Counted from the first letter of the stretch, positions 1 to 9,704 are shown. The stretch: DNA of 36,455 bases from Solirubrobacteraceae bacterium (GCA_036506755.1 DASXRF010000189.1:1-36455), one strand, 5' to 3'. Notes: generated from the sequence alone by a model not told the origin. Numbers and translations are program-made.

Positions 1-1
1 G

Positions 2-1437
2 CTCGTGCCGATGCGCTCCGTGCCGCACAGAGTCGTCTGCCTGCTCGGGCTCGACGACGGCGTGTTCCCCCGCAAGACGCCGCGCGACGGGGACGACCTC
101 ATGCTCGACGACCCGCATGTCGGCGACCGCGACTCGCGGAGCGAGGATCGCCAGATGCTGCTGGACGCGCTGCTGGCGGCGACCGACCGGCTGATCGTCA
201 CCTACACCGGCAACGACGAGCGCACGAACATCGCCCGCCCGCCCGCGGTGCCGATCGGCGAGATGCTCGACGTCATCGACCGCACGGTGCGCGTCGACGA
301 TGGCGGCGCGGCGCGCGAACAGATCGTCGTCCGCCACCCGCTCCAGCCCTTCGACGCGCGCAACTTCACCCGCGACGCGCTCGTGGCCGGGCGGACCTGG
401 AGCTTCGACCCGGTCACGCTGGAGGGCACGCGGGCGCTGGCGGCGGAGCGCGCCGAGCCCGCGCCGTTCCTCGCGGCGCCGCTGCCAGCGCTCGACGCGG
501 GGGTCGTCGAGCTCGACGACCTCGTGCGCTTCGCCGAGCACCCGGTCCGCGCCTTCCTGCGCCAGCGGCTCGGCATCAGCGTGCGCGACTTCTCCGACGA
601 GATCGCCGACGCGCTGTCGATCGAGCTCGACCACCTCGAGCGTTGGGGCGTCGGCAACCGGCTGCTCGAGGGCGTCCTCGCAGGCGCGGACATCGAGGCC
701 TGCGTGGCTGCGGAGCGGGTCCGCGGCACGCTGCCGCCCGGCGAGCTCGCCAACCCGGTGATCGAGGAGGTGCGGTCGGTCGTCGATCTGATCGCCGAGC
801 AGGCGCCGGCCGCCGGCGAGCCGACCTCGGCGGACGTGAAGGTGCTGCTCGGCGACGGGCGGTCGCTGCGCGGGACCGCGCCGGGTTGTACGGCGACGTG
901 CTGCGCACGGTGACGTTCTCGCGCGTGGGCGCGAAGCACCGCCTGGCGGCGTGGGTGCGGCTGCTGGCGATCACCGCGGCTCGCCCGGGGCGTTCGTTTG
1001 AGGCGGTCACGATCGGGCGGGCGCGCTACGGCGCGCCGCGGGGCGCCGAGGTGACGGTCGCGCGCATCCCACCGATCGATGTCGATGAGGCGCGCAAGCA
1101 CCTCGGCGTGCTCGTCGAGCTGTGGGACCGCGGGATGCGCGAGCCGCTGCCGATCGCGTGCCAGTCCTCGGCGGCCTACGCGGCGGCGGCCGCGGCCGGC
1201 AAGAACGCCGAGGCGGCCGCGCGCAAGGCGTGGGAGTCGAGCTGGAACTTCCCGCGCGAGGACGCCGAGCCCGAGCACCAGCTCGTCCTGGGCGGCAAGC
1301 TGAAGTTCGACGAGCTGCTGGTGGCGCCGCCGCGCGCCGACGAGGCGTGGGACGCGGGAGAGAGCACGCGGTTCGGCCAGTACGCGCGCCGGCTGTGGGA
1401 CGGCGCGCTGGCCTGCGAGGAGCTGAGCGACCGGTGA
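2..1437 (+). CDS. recC: RecC (exodeoxyribonuclease V gamma chain), C-terminal part. The 5' end lies outside the window and the reading frame is broken by an apparent 1-nt frameshift near 875-885.
   Basis: ORF 5..913 is open to the window edge and reads RecC-like sequence (VPHRVVCLLGLDDGVFPRK...DRLIVTYTGNDERT). The RecC C-terminus continues in another frame from ~883 (GLYGDVLRTVTFSRVGAKHRLAAW...) to TGA 1435-1437. recB and recD follow directly. Confidence 0.85.
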   Translation, partial: RADALRAAQSRLPARARRRRVPPQDAARRGRPHARRPACRRPRLAERGSPDAAGRAAGGDRPADRHLHRQRRAHEHRPPARGADRRDARRHRPHGARRRWRRGARTDRRPPPAPALRRAQLHPRRARGRADLELRPGHAGGHAGAGGGARRARAVPRGAAASARRGGRRARRPRALRRAPGPRLPAPAARHQRARLLRRDRRRAVDRARPPRALGRRQPAARGRPRRRGHRGLRGCGAGPRHAAARRARQPGDRGGAVGRRSDRRAGAGRRRADLGGREGAARRRAVAARDRAGLYGDVLRTVTFSRVGAKHRLAAWVRLLAITAARPGRSFEAVTIGRARYGAPRGAEVTVARIPPIDVDEARKHLGVLVELWDRGMREPLPIACQSSAAYAAAAAAGKNAEAAARKAWESSWNFPREDAEPEHQLVLGGKLKFDELLVAPPRADEAWDAGESTRFGQYARRLWDGALACEELSDR

Positions 1438-4400
1438 GGGGGCTGGCCACCGACGTCCGGCCGTTCGACGTCTGCGGGCCGCTGCCGCGCGGCGTGACCG
1501 TGCTCGAGGCGAGCGCGGGCACCGGCAAGACGTACACGATCGCTGCGCTCGCCGCGCGCTACGTGGCCGAGGGGCGGGAGCTCGACGAGCTGTTGCTGGT
1601 GACCTTCACGCGCATGGCGACCGGCGAGCTGCGCGAGCGCGTCCGCGAGCGGCTCGTCGCCGTCGAGCAGGGGCTCGCCCGGGCGCTGGCGGGCGCGCCG
1701 GTCAGCGACGAGGTCGTGCGGCTGCTCGCGCGCGGGCCGGGGGACGAGGTCGAGCGGCGGCGGGCGCGGCTGGCGCGCGCGCTGGCCGGCTTCGACGCGG
1801 CGACGATCGCCACCACGCACGGCTTCTGCCAGGAGGTGCTCGGCGGGCTGGGCGTCGCCGGGGACGTCGAGCGCGACGTCGCGTTCGTCGAGGACATCAG
1901 CGACCTGCTCGCCGACGTCGTCGACGACCTCTACGTGCGCCGCTTCCACCGCGGCGACCCGCCGGGCTTCGACCGCGCGGAGGCGATGGCGATCGCCTGG
2001 GCCGCCGTGGCGAATCCCGCGGCGCCGGTCGAGCCCGCGAACGCGCCGGACTGGTCGATGGCGGCGCGGCGCCGCCGGCTGGCGCTCGCGGTACGCGACG
2101 AGCTCGAGCGGCGCAAGCGCCGGCTGGGCGTCATGACCTACGACGACCTGCTCACGCGCCTGGACGACACGCTCCGCGGGCCCGGCGGGCCGCAGGCCGC
2201 CGCGCAGCTGCGCGAGCGCTACCGCGTCGCGCTCGTCGACGAGTTCCAGGACACCGATCCCGTCCAGTGGGACATCATGCGCCGCGCGTTCGGCGAGGGC
2301 GGCGTGACGCTGATCTTGATCGGCGACCCGAAGCAGGCGATCTACGCCTTCCGCGGCGCCGACGTCTACGCGTATCTGGACGCGGCGCGCGCCGCCGACG
2401 AGCGCGCGACGCTCGAGGTCAACTGGCGCAGCGACCAAGGGCTGCTCGACGCCTACGACGCGCTGTTCGACGGCGCCCGGCTCGGCCACGAGGGGATCGT
2501 CTACCGGACCGTGCGCGCGGCGCCGGCCAACCAGACGCCGCGGCTGCTCGGGGCGCCCGTGAGCGAGCCGCTGCGCGTGCGGCTCGTCCACCGCGACGAG
2601 CCGACGATCAAGCTCACGCCCGGCGGCTGCGCGGGCAAGCCGTCGGCGCAGGAGCACATCGCCAAGGATCTCGCGGCGGATCTGGCGGCGCTGCTGTCGT
2701 CGGGTGCGGAGATCGAGGTCCGCCGCGAGGACGGCTCGCCCGAGCGGTGCCAGCGGATCCGGCCTCGGCACGTCGCCGTGCTCGTGCGCACGCACCGCAA
2801 CGCCGCGCTCGTCCGCGATGCCCTCGACGCGGCCGAGATCCCGGCGGTCATCAACGGTGCGGGCAGTGTCTTCGGCACGGTGCCGGCGCGCGACTGGCTG
2901 CGCCTGCTCGAGGCGCTCGAGCGCCCGACGTCGTCGACGCGCGCGCGGTCGGCGGCGATCACGCCGTTCCTCGGCTGGACGGCGGAGCGTGTCGCCGCGG
3001 CCGGCGAGGCCGACTGGGAGCAGCTGCACCGCCGGCTGCATCACTGGGCGCGGGTGTTGCGGACGCGCGGAGTCGCCGCCCTCGCGGAGACCATCACGCT
3101 GGTGGAGGGCCTGCCGGCGCGCGTCCTGGGCTCGGTGGACGGCGAGCGGCAGCTGACGGACCTGCGCCACGTTGCCCAACTGCTGCACGCGGAGGCGACC
3201 GCCGAGCAGATGGGCACGACCGCGCTGACCGCGTGGCTGCGCCACCAGATCGCCGAGGCCGGTGAGGACACCACCGACGAGGAGCGCAGCCGGCGGCTCG
3301 AGTCCGACGCCGAGGCCGTCCAGGTCCTGACGATCCACCGCAGCAAAGGCCTCGAGTTCCCGGTCGTCTACTACCCGTATCTCTGGGAGCCCGGCTGGAT
3401 CCCGGACGAGGCCGAGCCGATCTTCTTCCACGACCCCGACGCCGACGACCGGCGCGTCATCGACGTCGGCATGGACGGCCCGGATTTCCCGCGCCACCGG
3501 GCGCAGTACGTGGCCGAGCAGCGGGGGGAGGACCTTCGGCTCGCCTACGTTGCGCTCACGCGGGCGCGCCACCAGGCCGTCGTCTGGTGGGCCGGGTCGT
3601 GGGACAGCCGCCACTCCGCCCTCGGCCGGCTGCTGTTCGCGCGGGATGCCGAGGGCAACGTGCCGCCGGAGGGGTCGTTCACGCCGAGCGACGCGGCGGC
3701 GCGGGCGCGCTTCGAGGAGCTCGCCGCGGCGGCGCCGGGGTGCATTGCCGTCGAGCGCTCGACGCTAGCGCCGCCGCCGGCGTGGCCGGGCGAGCCGCGC
3801 GCGGGCGCGGAGCTGTCGGCAGCGGTGTTCGACCGCCAGCTCGACTGGGCCTGGCGGCGGACGTCGTACAGCGACATCACGGCGGGCGCGGCGGAGCCGC
3901 GGGTGGCGAGCGAGCCGGAGGAGCCGGTGGTCGTTGCCGAGGAGCCGGTCTCGGGGCCAGTCGTGGTGGAGGGTGATGACGACGGTGCGGCCGCCGCGAT
4001 GCGCGCCGTTCCGTCACTGCTGGCTGCGATGCCGGTCGGCGTGCACGTCGGGACGTTCGTGCACCGGGTGCTCGAGGCGAGCGACTTCGCGGCGGCGGAT
4101 CTGAAAGCTGAGCTCGCGTCGCAGGTCGAGGCGGTCCAGGCGCGGCGGCGGGCCGAGATTGGGGACCCCGACGCGGTCGTCGCGGGTCTGGCCGCCGCTC
4201 TGGAGACCCCGCTCGGGCCGCTCGTCCGCGACCGGCGCCTGCGCGACGCGACGCGCGCCGACCGCCTCGACGAGCTCGGGTTCGAGCTACCACTCGCGGG
4301 CGGCGACTCGCCGACGGGGCGCGTCACGCTGGCGGCGATCGGCGCGGTGCTGCGCAGCGATCCGGCGCTAGCCGGCTACGCCGAGCGCCTCGACGACCCC

Positions 4401-4814
4401 GCGCTGCGCCAGAGCGTGCGCGGATATCTGACGGGCAGCATCGACCTCGTCGTGCGGGCGGACGATTCCTTCGCCGTCGTTGATTACAAGACCAACTGGC
4501 TCGGGCCGCAAGGCGAGGAGCTCAACGCGTGGCACCACCGGCCCGCCGCGCTGGCCGCCGAGATGCAGCGCGCGCACTACGTCCTGCAGGCCCTGCTCTA
4601 CACGGTCGCGCTGCACCGCTACCTGCGCTGGCGCGTGCGGGGCTATGACCCCGAGCGCCACCTTGCCGGGGTTCTCTACCTGTTCGTGCGCGGGATGGTC
4701 GGCCCCGAGACGCCGAGGGTCGACGGCACGCCGTGCGGCGTCTTCGCGTGGCGGCCGTCCGCGCGGCTGGTGGAGGAGCTGAGCGACGTCCTCGATGGAG
4801 GGGCGCCGGCATGA
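1434..4814 (+). CDS. recB: RecB (exodeoxyribonuclease V beta chain; UvrD-type helicase plus PD-(D/E)XK nuclease)
   Basis: GTG 1434 overlaps the recC TGA (GTGA). Motifs: Walker A EASAGTGKTYTI, DEFQDTD, TIHRSKGLEF, and C-terminal nuclease motif IDLVVRADDSFAVVDYKTN. The ORF-track extension upstream of 1434 is Arg/Gly-rich off-frame sequence over recC. Confidence 0.93.
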   Translation: MRGLATDVRPFDVCGPLPRGVTVLEASAGTGKTYTIAALAARYVAEGRELDELLLVTFTRMATGELRERVRERLVAVEQGLARALAGAPVSDEVVRLLARGPGDEVERRRARLARALAGFDAATIATTHGFCQEVLGGLGVAGDVERDVAFVEDISDLLADVVDDLYVRRFHRGDPPGFDRAEAMAIAWAAVANPAAPVEPANAPDWSMAARRRRLALAVRDELERRKRRLGVMTYDDLLTRLDDTLRGPGGPQAAAQLRERYRVALVDEFQDTDPVQWDIMRRAFGEGGVTLILIGDPKQAIYAFRGADVYAYLDAARAADERATLEVNWRSDQGLLDAYDALFDGARLGHEGIVYRTVRAAPANQTPRLLGAPVSEPLRVRLVHRDEPTIKLTPGGCAGKPSAQEHIAKDLAADLAALLSSGAEIEVRREDGSPERCQRIRPRHVAVLVRTHRNAALVRDALDAAEIPAVINGAGSVFGTVPARDWLRLLEALERPTSSTRARSAAITPFLGWTAERVAAAGEADWEQLHRRLHHWARVLRTRGVAALAETITLVEGLPARVLGSVDGERQLTDLRHVAQLLHAEATAEQMGTTALTAWLRHQIAEAGEDTTDEERSRRLESDAEAVQVLTIHRSKGLEFPVVYYPYLWEPGWIPDEAEPIFFHDPDADDRRVIDVGMDGPDFPRHRAQYVAEQRGEDLRLAYVALTRARHQAVVWWAGSWDSRHSALGRLLFARDAEGNVPPEGSFTPSDAAARARFEELAAAAPGCIAVERSTLAPPPAWPGEPRAGAELSAAVFDRQLDWAWRRTSYSDITAGAAEPRVASEPEEPVVVAEEPVSGPVVVEGDDDGAAAAMRAVPSLLAAMPVGVHVGTFVHRVLEASDFAAADLKAELASQVEAVQARRRAEIGDPDAVVAGLAAALETPLGPLVRDRRLRDATRADRLDELGFELPLAGGDSPTGRVTLAAIGAVLRSDPALAGYAERLDDPALRQSVRGYLTGSIDLVVRADDSFAVVDYKTNWLGPQGEELNAWHHRPAALAAEMQRAHYVLQALLYTVALHRYLRWRVRGYDPERHLAGVLYLFVRGMVGPETPRVDGTPCGVFAWRPSARLVEELSDVLDGGAPA

Positions 4815-6730
4815 GCATGCTTGCGGCGCTCGAGGCCGATCCGTTCGACGTTCGCCGCGCGCTCGACGCCCCGAGGTTGCTGCGCCAGTTCAACGACGCC
4901 GGCGTGCTCGCCGCAGCCGACGTCCACGTGGCGCTGCGCCTCGCTGCTCTGGGGCGCTCCGAGGACGAGTGGGTGGCGCTGGCGGCGGCGCTCGCCGTCC
5001 GCGGCCCCCGCCTCGGCCACGTCTACGTCGACCTTGCGATGATCCGCGACACCGCGACCGTCGACGCCGAGGACGTCGACGTGTCGTTGCTGCCCTGGCC
5101 GGACGCCGCCGCATGGGTCGAGCGGCTCGCGGCGAGCCCGCTGGTCGCGCTCGGCGACGAGGAGGACGGTGAGATCCGCCCGCTGCGCCTCGTCGGCACC
5201 GCGCTCTATCTCGATCGCTACTGGCGCGAGGAGCGCCGCGTCGCCGCCGACCTGCTGGCGCTCGCCGCGGCGCCGCCCGAGGGCGTCCACGACCAAGCCC
5301 TCGGCGACGGCCTCGCGCGCCTGTTCGCCGAGCAGCCCGACGACCGCCAGATCCTCGCAACGGCGACCGCCGTCCTGCGCCGCTTCGCGGTCGTCGCCGG
5401 CGGCCCGGGCACCGGCAAGACGACCACCGTCGCCCGCATCGTCGCGCTGCTCGCCGAGCAGGCCGTCGCCGCCGGCTCACCGGAGCCGCTCGTCGCGCTC
5501 GCCGCCCCGACTGGCAAGGCCGCCGCGCGCCTCGAAGAGGCGGTCCACGACGAGGCCGCCCGCCTCGACGTACCGGACGCGATCCGGACCTACCTGCTCG
5601 AGCTCAAGGCCTCGACGCTCCACCGTCTCCTGGGCTGGCGCCCCGACAGCCACAGCCGCTTCCGCCACGACCGCGCCAACCGCCTGCCCCACGACGTCGT
5701 CATCGTCGACGAGACCTCGATGGTCTCCCTCTCCCTCATGGCCCGCCTCGTCGAGGCGGTCCGTCCGCAGGCCCGCCTCGTCCTCGTCGGCGACCCCGGC
5801 CAGCTGACTTCGATCGAGGCGGGGGCCGTCCTGGGCGACATCGTCGGGCCGACGACGGAGCGGCTGCTCATGGACTCGGCGGCGCGCGGCCGACTCGCGC
5901 TCGTCACCGGCCTCGATGTTCCCGCCGATGACCCGCACTCGGGCGCGGCGGTGGGCGACGGCATCGTCGTCCTCGACCGGGTGCACCGCTTCGGCGGCGG
6001 CATCGCCACAGTGGCCGACGCGATCCGCCGCGGCGACGCCGACGCCGTAATCGAGACCCTCGCCGCGGCACCCGAGGGCGTTACGTGGATCGACGAAGAC
6101 GTTGCCGACGCCTCCGCGGAGACGCTCGCCCCGGTGCGCGACGGCGCCGTCGCCGCAGGCTGCGCGGTCACCGAAGCGGCGCAGGAGGGCGATGCCCGCC
6201 GCGCGATCGAGTCCCTCGCCACCTTCCGCATCCTCTGCGCCCACCGTCGCGGCGCCCACGGCGTCGCGACCTGGATGGACCGCATCGAGCGGTGGCTCGC
6301 GGCCGAGATCCCCGCCTTCGGCGCCGAGGGCGAGTGGTACGCGGGCCGCCCGCTGCTGGTGACGGAGAACGACTACGGCCTACGGCTCTACAACGGAGAT
6401 ACGGGCGTCGTTGTGGCGAACCAGGCGAGAGGCGTGAGCGCGGCTTTCGAACGGCGCGGAGAGATCGTCGAGTACAGCCCCTCGCGCCTCGGCGCCGTCG
6501 ACACCATCTACGCGATGACGATCCACAAGAGCCAGGGTTCGCAGTTCGACACCGCTGCCGTTCTGCTCCCCGACCCAACCTCTCACCTCCTGACCAGGGA
6601 GTTGCTCTACACGGCGGTCACCCGGGCGCGCGACCGCCTGATCGCTGTAGGGACCGAGGCGACAATCCGCGCCGCGATCGGCCGGCCCGTGGCGCGGGCT
6701 TCGGGACTAGGAGGGCGGTTGTGGAATTGA
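4811..6730 (+). CDS. recD: RecD (exodeoxyribonuclease V alpha chain, SF1 helicase)
   Basis: ATG 4811 overlaps the recB TGA (ATGA). Motifs: Walker A GGPGTGKTT, VVIVDETSMV, MTIHKSQGSQF, LLYTAVTRAR. Confidence 0.93.
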   Translation: MSMLAALEADPFDVRRALDAPRLLRQFNDAGVLAAADVHVALRLAALGRSEDEWVALAAALAVRGPRLGHVYVDLAMIRDTATVDAEDVDVSLLPWPDAAAWVERLAASPLVALGDEEDGEIRPLRLVGTALYLDRYWREERRVAADLLALAAAPPEGVHDQALGDGLARLFAEQPDDRQILATATAVLRRFAVVAGGPGTGKTTTVARIVALLAEQAVAAGSPEPLVALAAPTGKAAARLEEAVHDEAARLDVPDAIRTYLLELKASTLHRLLGWRPDSHSRFRHDRANRLPHDVVIVDETSMVSLSLMARLVEAVRPQARLVLVGDPGQLTSIEAGAVLGDIVGPTTERLLMDSAARGRLALVTGLDVPADDPHSGAAVGDGIVVLDRVHRFGGGIATVADAIRRGDADAVIETLAAAPEGVTWIDEDVADASAETLAPVRDGAVAAGCAVTEAAQEGDARRAIESLATFRILCAHRRGAHGVATWMDRIERWLAAEIPAFGAEGEWYAGRPLLVTENDYGLRLYNGDTGVVVANQARGVSAAFERRGEIVEYSPSRLGAVDTIYAMTIHKSQGSQFDTAAVLLPDPTSHLLTRELLYTAVTRARDRLIAVGTEATIRAAIGRPVARASGLGGRLWN

Positions 6731-6764
6731 GTGCGTCCACCTCTCCCACGGGAACGCTACGCCA

Positions 6765-7178
6765 TTAGTTGCTCCCGCCATTCACGTAGGGTGGTCTCGG
6801 CTCGCGCGGGCGTGCCAAACCCGAAAGGCAGTGCGCCGAGAACGAGTCGAACACGGCGGCGACCCGAGGCCAGCGTGGCGACGGCAGTGGGTGACGGCGC
6901 ATCGGACTTCCCAAGATGCGGATACCGGAGGACGCTATCCACGCGATCGACGTCGGCAGGTTCTTCACGGAATCGGTCTGGCCCATGAACGGCCATTCCG
7001 TGCCCTGCTGCATCCCGGATACGAGGTGCGCAAAGGCCCCTGCCACGGCGCGGACGTACCAATCGCGGAGTCCCGATGGGCCGGGCGCGTGCCGACGAGC
7101 GGCAACGCGAGCGCGAGTGGCGAGTCTTTCGGGGGCGCTATCGCCGCCGCGACGGGCGCCGGATCCGCGTTCGGCCAT
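6765..7178 (-). CDS. Hypothetical protein (137 aa), possible last gene of the upstream minus-strand operon. Start uncertain (ATG 7178, GTG 7046 or ATG 7013).
   Basis: This is the only frame open across 6765-7178 that keeps high third-position G/C. The plus-strand frame sharing those third positions has stops at about 6766, 6787 and 6892. The ORF overlaps the upstream gene end by 41 nt. I recognise no family, and local GC is lower than the surroundings. Confidence 0.3.
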   Translation of the reverse strand: MAERGSGARRGGDSAPERLATRARVAARRHAPGPSGLRDWYVRAVAGAFAHLVSGMQQGTEWPFMGQTDSVKNLPTSIAWIASSGIRILGSPMRRHPLPSPRWPRVAAVFDSFSAHCLSGLARPREPRPPYVNGGSN

Positions 7179-8118
7179 GGCCGCCGTCCTCTCCGAACGC
7201 CGTCAGCTGCACCAGCTCGCGCTCGGCGAGGAGCGCCGTCCCCGCGACCGCCGGTGTCGCGAACTGCGCAGAGCGGCCGAGGCCGATCCCGTCGCGCTCG
7301 CCCAGGCGCGCGTGGAGAACCTGGGCTACGAACGCGTCGGCCTCCTCGGGCGAGGGCGCCGCGTGGTTGGTCGCCTCGAGCGCGTCGAGCGCGTAGCCCT
7401 GAAGCAGCGGCGCGTGGAGCGCGGCGAAGACGTCGGGTCGGCTGGCGTGGTCGAGCACGACGCAGCGCCCGCCGATCGCCGCGAGGGCGCCGAGCTGGCC
7501 GGCGTGGAGGCGGACGGCGCCGATCATGTCGTCCAGCGACGAGCGGCGGTGCTCGTAGATGTCGTGCATCGCGCCGGTCGGTGACGCGGCGCTCATGCGG
7601 TCGGACTTCGCCGCGACCTCGGCCCAGACCTCGCCCTGGTCGGCGCGCATGGCGTGGCCCTGCGCCACGCTGGCTCGCAGCGCCGCGCTCTTCTGGCGCC
7701 GCAGCTGCGGGTAGGCCGCCTGCGGCGCCGGGGACAGCGCCTCGGCGTGGCGGGTGCCGTCCCAGCGGCCGTGCTCGACACAGCTGACCGGGACGGTGAG
7801 CTTCGCGCCGGCGGGCACGAGGACCGAGACGTCGAAGGTGCGGTTCTGCTGGGCGCCGAGGACCTCCTCGCCCTCGTAGAGCAGGACGGGCAGGTCGGTC
7901 GGGTTGGTGACGACGAGGTCGTTGACCGAGGCGTGCCCGGCGGTCTCGGCGACGGTCGCGCCGAGCGGCGCGGCCTGCGCGAACGAGCGGTAGGCCAGCC
8001 GCGGCTCGGGGCCGAAGATCGGGAAGACGGCCAGCGGGCCGGCGACGTCGGCCTCGCCGAGCCGCAGCGGCGCCTCGAGGTAGTCGATCGTGGTGGGGGC
8101 AAGGGCGGGTGTGGTCAT
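7138..8118 (-). CDS. Conserved hypothetical protein (326 aa) of a widespread uncharacterised family
   Basis: Internal ATG at 8118 is preceded by GGAAGGAGAA and overlaps the upstream stop (ATGA). Motifs I recognise as family-typical: GPLAVFPIFG, LLYEGEEVLGAQQNRTFDVSVLV, VPVSCVEHGRW, DQGEVWAEV. The 233-codon ORF-track extension upstream is Arg/Pro-rich off-frame sequence. Confidence 0.8.
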   Translation of the reverse strand: MTTPALAPTTIDYLEAPLRLGEADVAGPLAVFPIFGPEPRLAYRSFAQAAPLGATVAETAGHASVNDLVVTNPTDLPVLLYEGEEVLGAQQNRTFDVSVLVPAGAKLTVPVSCVEHGRWDGTRHAEALSPAPQAAYPQLRRQKSAALRASVAQGHAMRADQGEVWAEVAAKSDRMSAASPTGAMHDIYEHRRSSLDDMIGAVRLHAGQLGALAAIGGRCVVLDHASRPDVFAALHAPLLQGYALDALEATNHAAPSPEEADAFVAQVLHARLGERDGIGLGRSAQFATPAVAGTALLAERELVQLTAFGEDGGHGRTRIRRPSRRR

Positions 8119-8786
8119 CGGCGTTCTCCTTCCAGTTCGTTCAGGCGGTCGGACGCGTCGGTCTCCTCGCCGCCGCGCTGCTCGAGCTCGACGGCGCGCG
8201 CGTAGGCGGTGCGGGCCTCGGCGGGGTCGCCGAGCGCCTCGCAGGCCTGGCCGAGGAAGCACCACGCCCAGCCGTTCGCGGGCGACAGCTCGGTGTAGAA
8301 GCGCAGGTGGCCGTACGCCTCGCGCGGGCGGTCGAGCGCGAGCAGCGTGTAGCCGAGCCCGTAGTGCGCCATCTGGTCGCCGCACTCCAGGCACTGACGC
8401 CACAGGGTCAGTGCCTCGTCGCCCTCGGCGGACACCGCGGCGGTGAAGAAGCAGCGGTTGGTGGTCGGCTCGTCGAGCAGCGCCGCCTGCGTGGCCAGGA
8501 TGATCGCGCCGGCGGTCGCGTTCGTCAGCCCGAACAGCGGGGCGTCGAAGCGCGGTCCGCGCCACAGCGCGCCGTGCGCCTCGGGGTTGAACGCGCGCAC
8601 GCCGTGGACGCAGAAGCCGACGATCCGGCGGCCCCCGGGGCGGTCGAGCATCCAGGCGAACTGCTCGCTGACGGGGCGAAACTGCCCGGACGGGTGGCCG
8701 TCGCAGACGCGCCCGTACTCGAGGGCGATGAGCCAGTCGAGGTCGGGGTCGCGGTTGATGAAGAGCGGGGCGCCGGGCACGATCAT
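8115..8786 (-). CDS. Hypothetical protein (223 aa): unknown N-terminal domain plus C-terminal TPR-like repeats
   Basis: ATG 8786 (MIVPGAPLFINRDPDLDW...). The C-terminal half has TPR-like helical repeats (MAHYGLGYTLLALDRPREAYGHLRFYTELSPANGWAWCFLGQACEALGDPAEARTAYARAVELE). The stop overlaps the start of the next gene. Confidence 0.7.
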   Translation of the reverse strand: MIVPGAPLFINRDPDLDWLIALEYGRVCDGHPSGQFRPVSEQFAWMLDRPGGRRIVGFCVHGVRAFNPEAHGALWRGPRFDAPLFGLTNATAGAIILATQAALLDEPTTNRCFFTAAVSAEGDEALTLWRQCLECGDQMAHYGLGYTLLALDRPREAYGHLRFYTELSPANGWAWCFLGQACEALGDPAEARTAYARAVELEQRGGEETDASDRLNELEGERR

Positions 8787-8824
8787 GAGGTCGCGCCGCG
8801 GCTCCGGTTTCTGACACGCGGCGG

Positions 8825-9409
8825 TTAGAGGTGCGCGAGGCGCGCCATCTCGTCGACGGTGCGCGTCAGTTCGCCGGCGAGCTCGCCGGGACGCCGGCGC
8901 GCGAACGCCGCGGCCAGCGACCGGTAGTACCACAGCTGGTCGGGGCCGCTGCCGGTACGGAACCGCTCCCACAGCGCGTCGCCGTGCAGGCGCAGGTCGA
9001 AGACGATCGCGCGCGCGTTGTGCAGCTTGTCGGCCAGGGAGACCAGCAGCGCGCCATCGGGCAGGTCGGGGTCGTCGAGATGGGCGATGTAGCGCTGCTT
9101 GCGCTCCGGCCACGGCTCCTTGTCCTCCGCGAGCGTGTCGCTGCACGCCGCGACGATGCCGGCGACACCGTCGCCGAACTGCCGGCGGATCCGCTCGAGC
9201 GTCGCTTGTCCGCCGGCGTCCTCGGCGGCGTCGTGGAGCAGCGCGGCGATCGCCTCCTGCTCGCTGCCGCCGGCGTCGAGGACCAGCGAGGCGACCGCGA
9301 GCAGGTGCGAGAGATAGGGGATCTCGGTGCCCTTGCGGACCTGGCCGGCGTGCAGCTCGCGCGCCAGCTCGACCGCCTCGCTGAATGCGGGCGAGAGCCC
9401 CTCAGGCAC
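8825..9409 (-). CDS. HD-domain phosphohydrolase of the RelA/SpoT hydrolase type (small-alarmone-hydrolase-like), 194 aa
   Basis: GTG 9409 is preceded by GGAGGG. Motifs: ELHAGQVRKGTEIPYLSHLLAVASLV, ALLHDAAED, LVSLADKLHNARAI. The start overlaps the upstream gene stop by 8 nt. Confidence 0.8.
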   Translation of the reverse strand: MPEGLSPAFSEAVELARELHAGQVRKGTEIPYLSHLLAVASLVLDAGGSEQEAIAALLHDAAEDAGGQATLERIRRQFGDGVAGIVAACSDTLAEDKEPWPERKQRYIAHLDDPDLPDGALLVSLADKLHNARAIVFDLRLHGDALWERFRTGSGPDQLWYYRSLAAAFARRRPGELAGELTRTVDEMARLAHL

Positions 9410-9704
9410 CGCCCGCCCTCCGCTGCAGCTCGAGCAGCACGCTCCAGACCCTGCCATACATACGCGCGCGAGCGCCGCCCTGGCGCGCGGCGACAGCGTC
9501 CTTGAAGTTGGGATAGTCGATCTCACCGGCCATGACCTCGAGCGCGTAGGCCCACTCGCGACGGTCGACACGCGCCCGCCACGCATAGTCGGCGGACGGG
9601 TCATGCCACGGCCGCAGGTCGGGCAGCAGCTCGCGCAGGCGGTCGAGGTCGACGCGCACGCGCGCGCGGACGAGGACGTAGGACGCGTCGTCGCGATCGC
9701 TCAC
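9402..9704 (-). CDS. Small conserved hypothetical protein. The annotated start is GTG 9704, but conserved-looking sequence continues upstream to an ATC at 9740 with no canonical start codon.
   Basis: The ORF has a C-terminal EIDYPNFKDAV...VWSVLLELQ motif. The in-frame upstream codons read GIWVFSTRGFYSVV, which resembles the N-terminus (MW.F...GF.S.V) I recall for this family. The frame is open up to TAA 9825-9827 with no ATG/GTG/TTG. Confidence 0.6.
   Translation of the reverse strand: MSDRDDASYVLVRARVRVDLDRLRELLPDLRPWHDPSADYAWRARVDRREWAYALEVMAGEIDYPNFKDAVAARQGGARARMYGRVWSVLLELQRRAGGA

Noticed and set aside
1176-3614. Very long ORFs antisense to or out of frame with the genes called here. 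Examples: 1176..3614 (-), 16269..17750 (-), 18944..22375 (-), 23063..25453 (+), 23811..28100 (-), 25631..27349 (+), 30410..34930 (-), 32608..35121 (+).
   Set aside because: Their translations are dominated by Arg/Pro/Ala/Gly runs with no recognisable motifs. They overlap frames that carry clear family motifs and the expected third-position G/C bias. Long spurious ORFs of this kind are normal in very GC-rich DNA, where stop codons are rare.
6731-7137. tRNA or other small RNA in the lower-GC stretch after recD (a GTTCGACTC T-loop-like string on the minus strand near 6850).
   Set aside because: The flanking bases cannot form the T-arm stem. I could not build an acceptor or anticodon arm. The region carries a continuous high-GC3 reading frame instead.
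8119-8817. Long N-terminal extensions offered by the ORF track for 7138..8817, 8115..9146, 8825..9604, 18086..18922, 29798..32524 and 35155..36150.
   Set aside because: The extensions are Arg/Pro-rich and overlap the preceding real gene in another frame. Internal starts have SD-like sequences and/or stop-start overlaps, and they give sensible N-termini such as signal peptides and family-typical starts.
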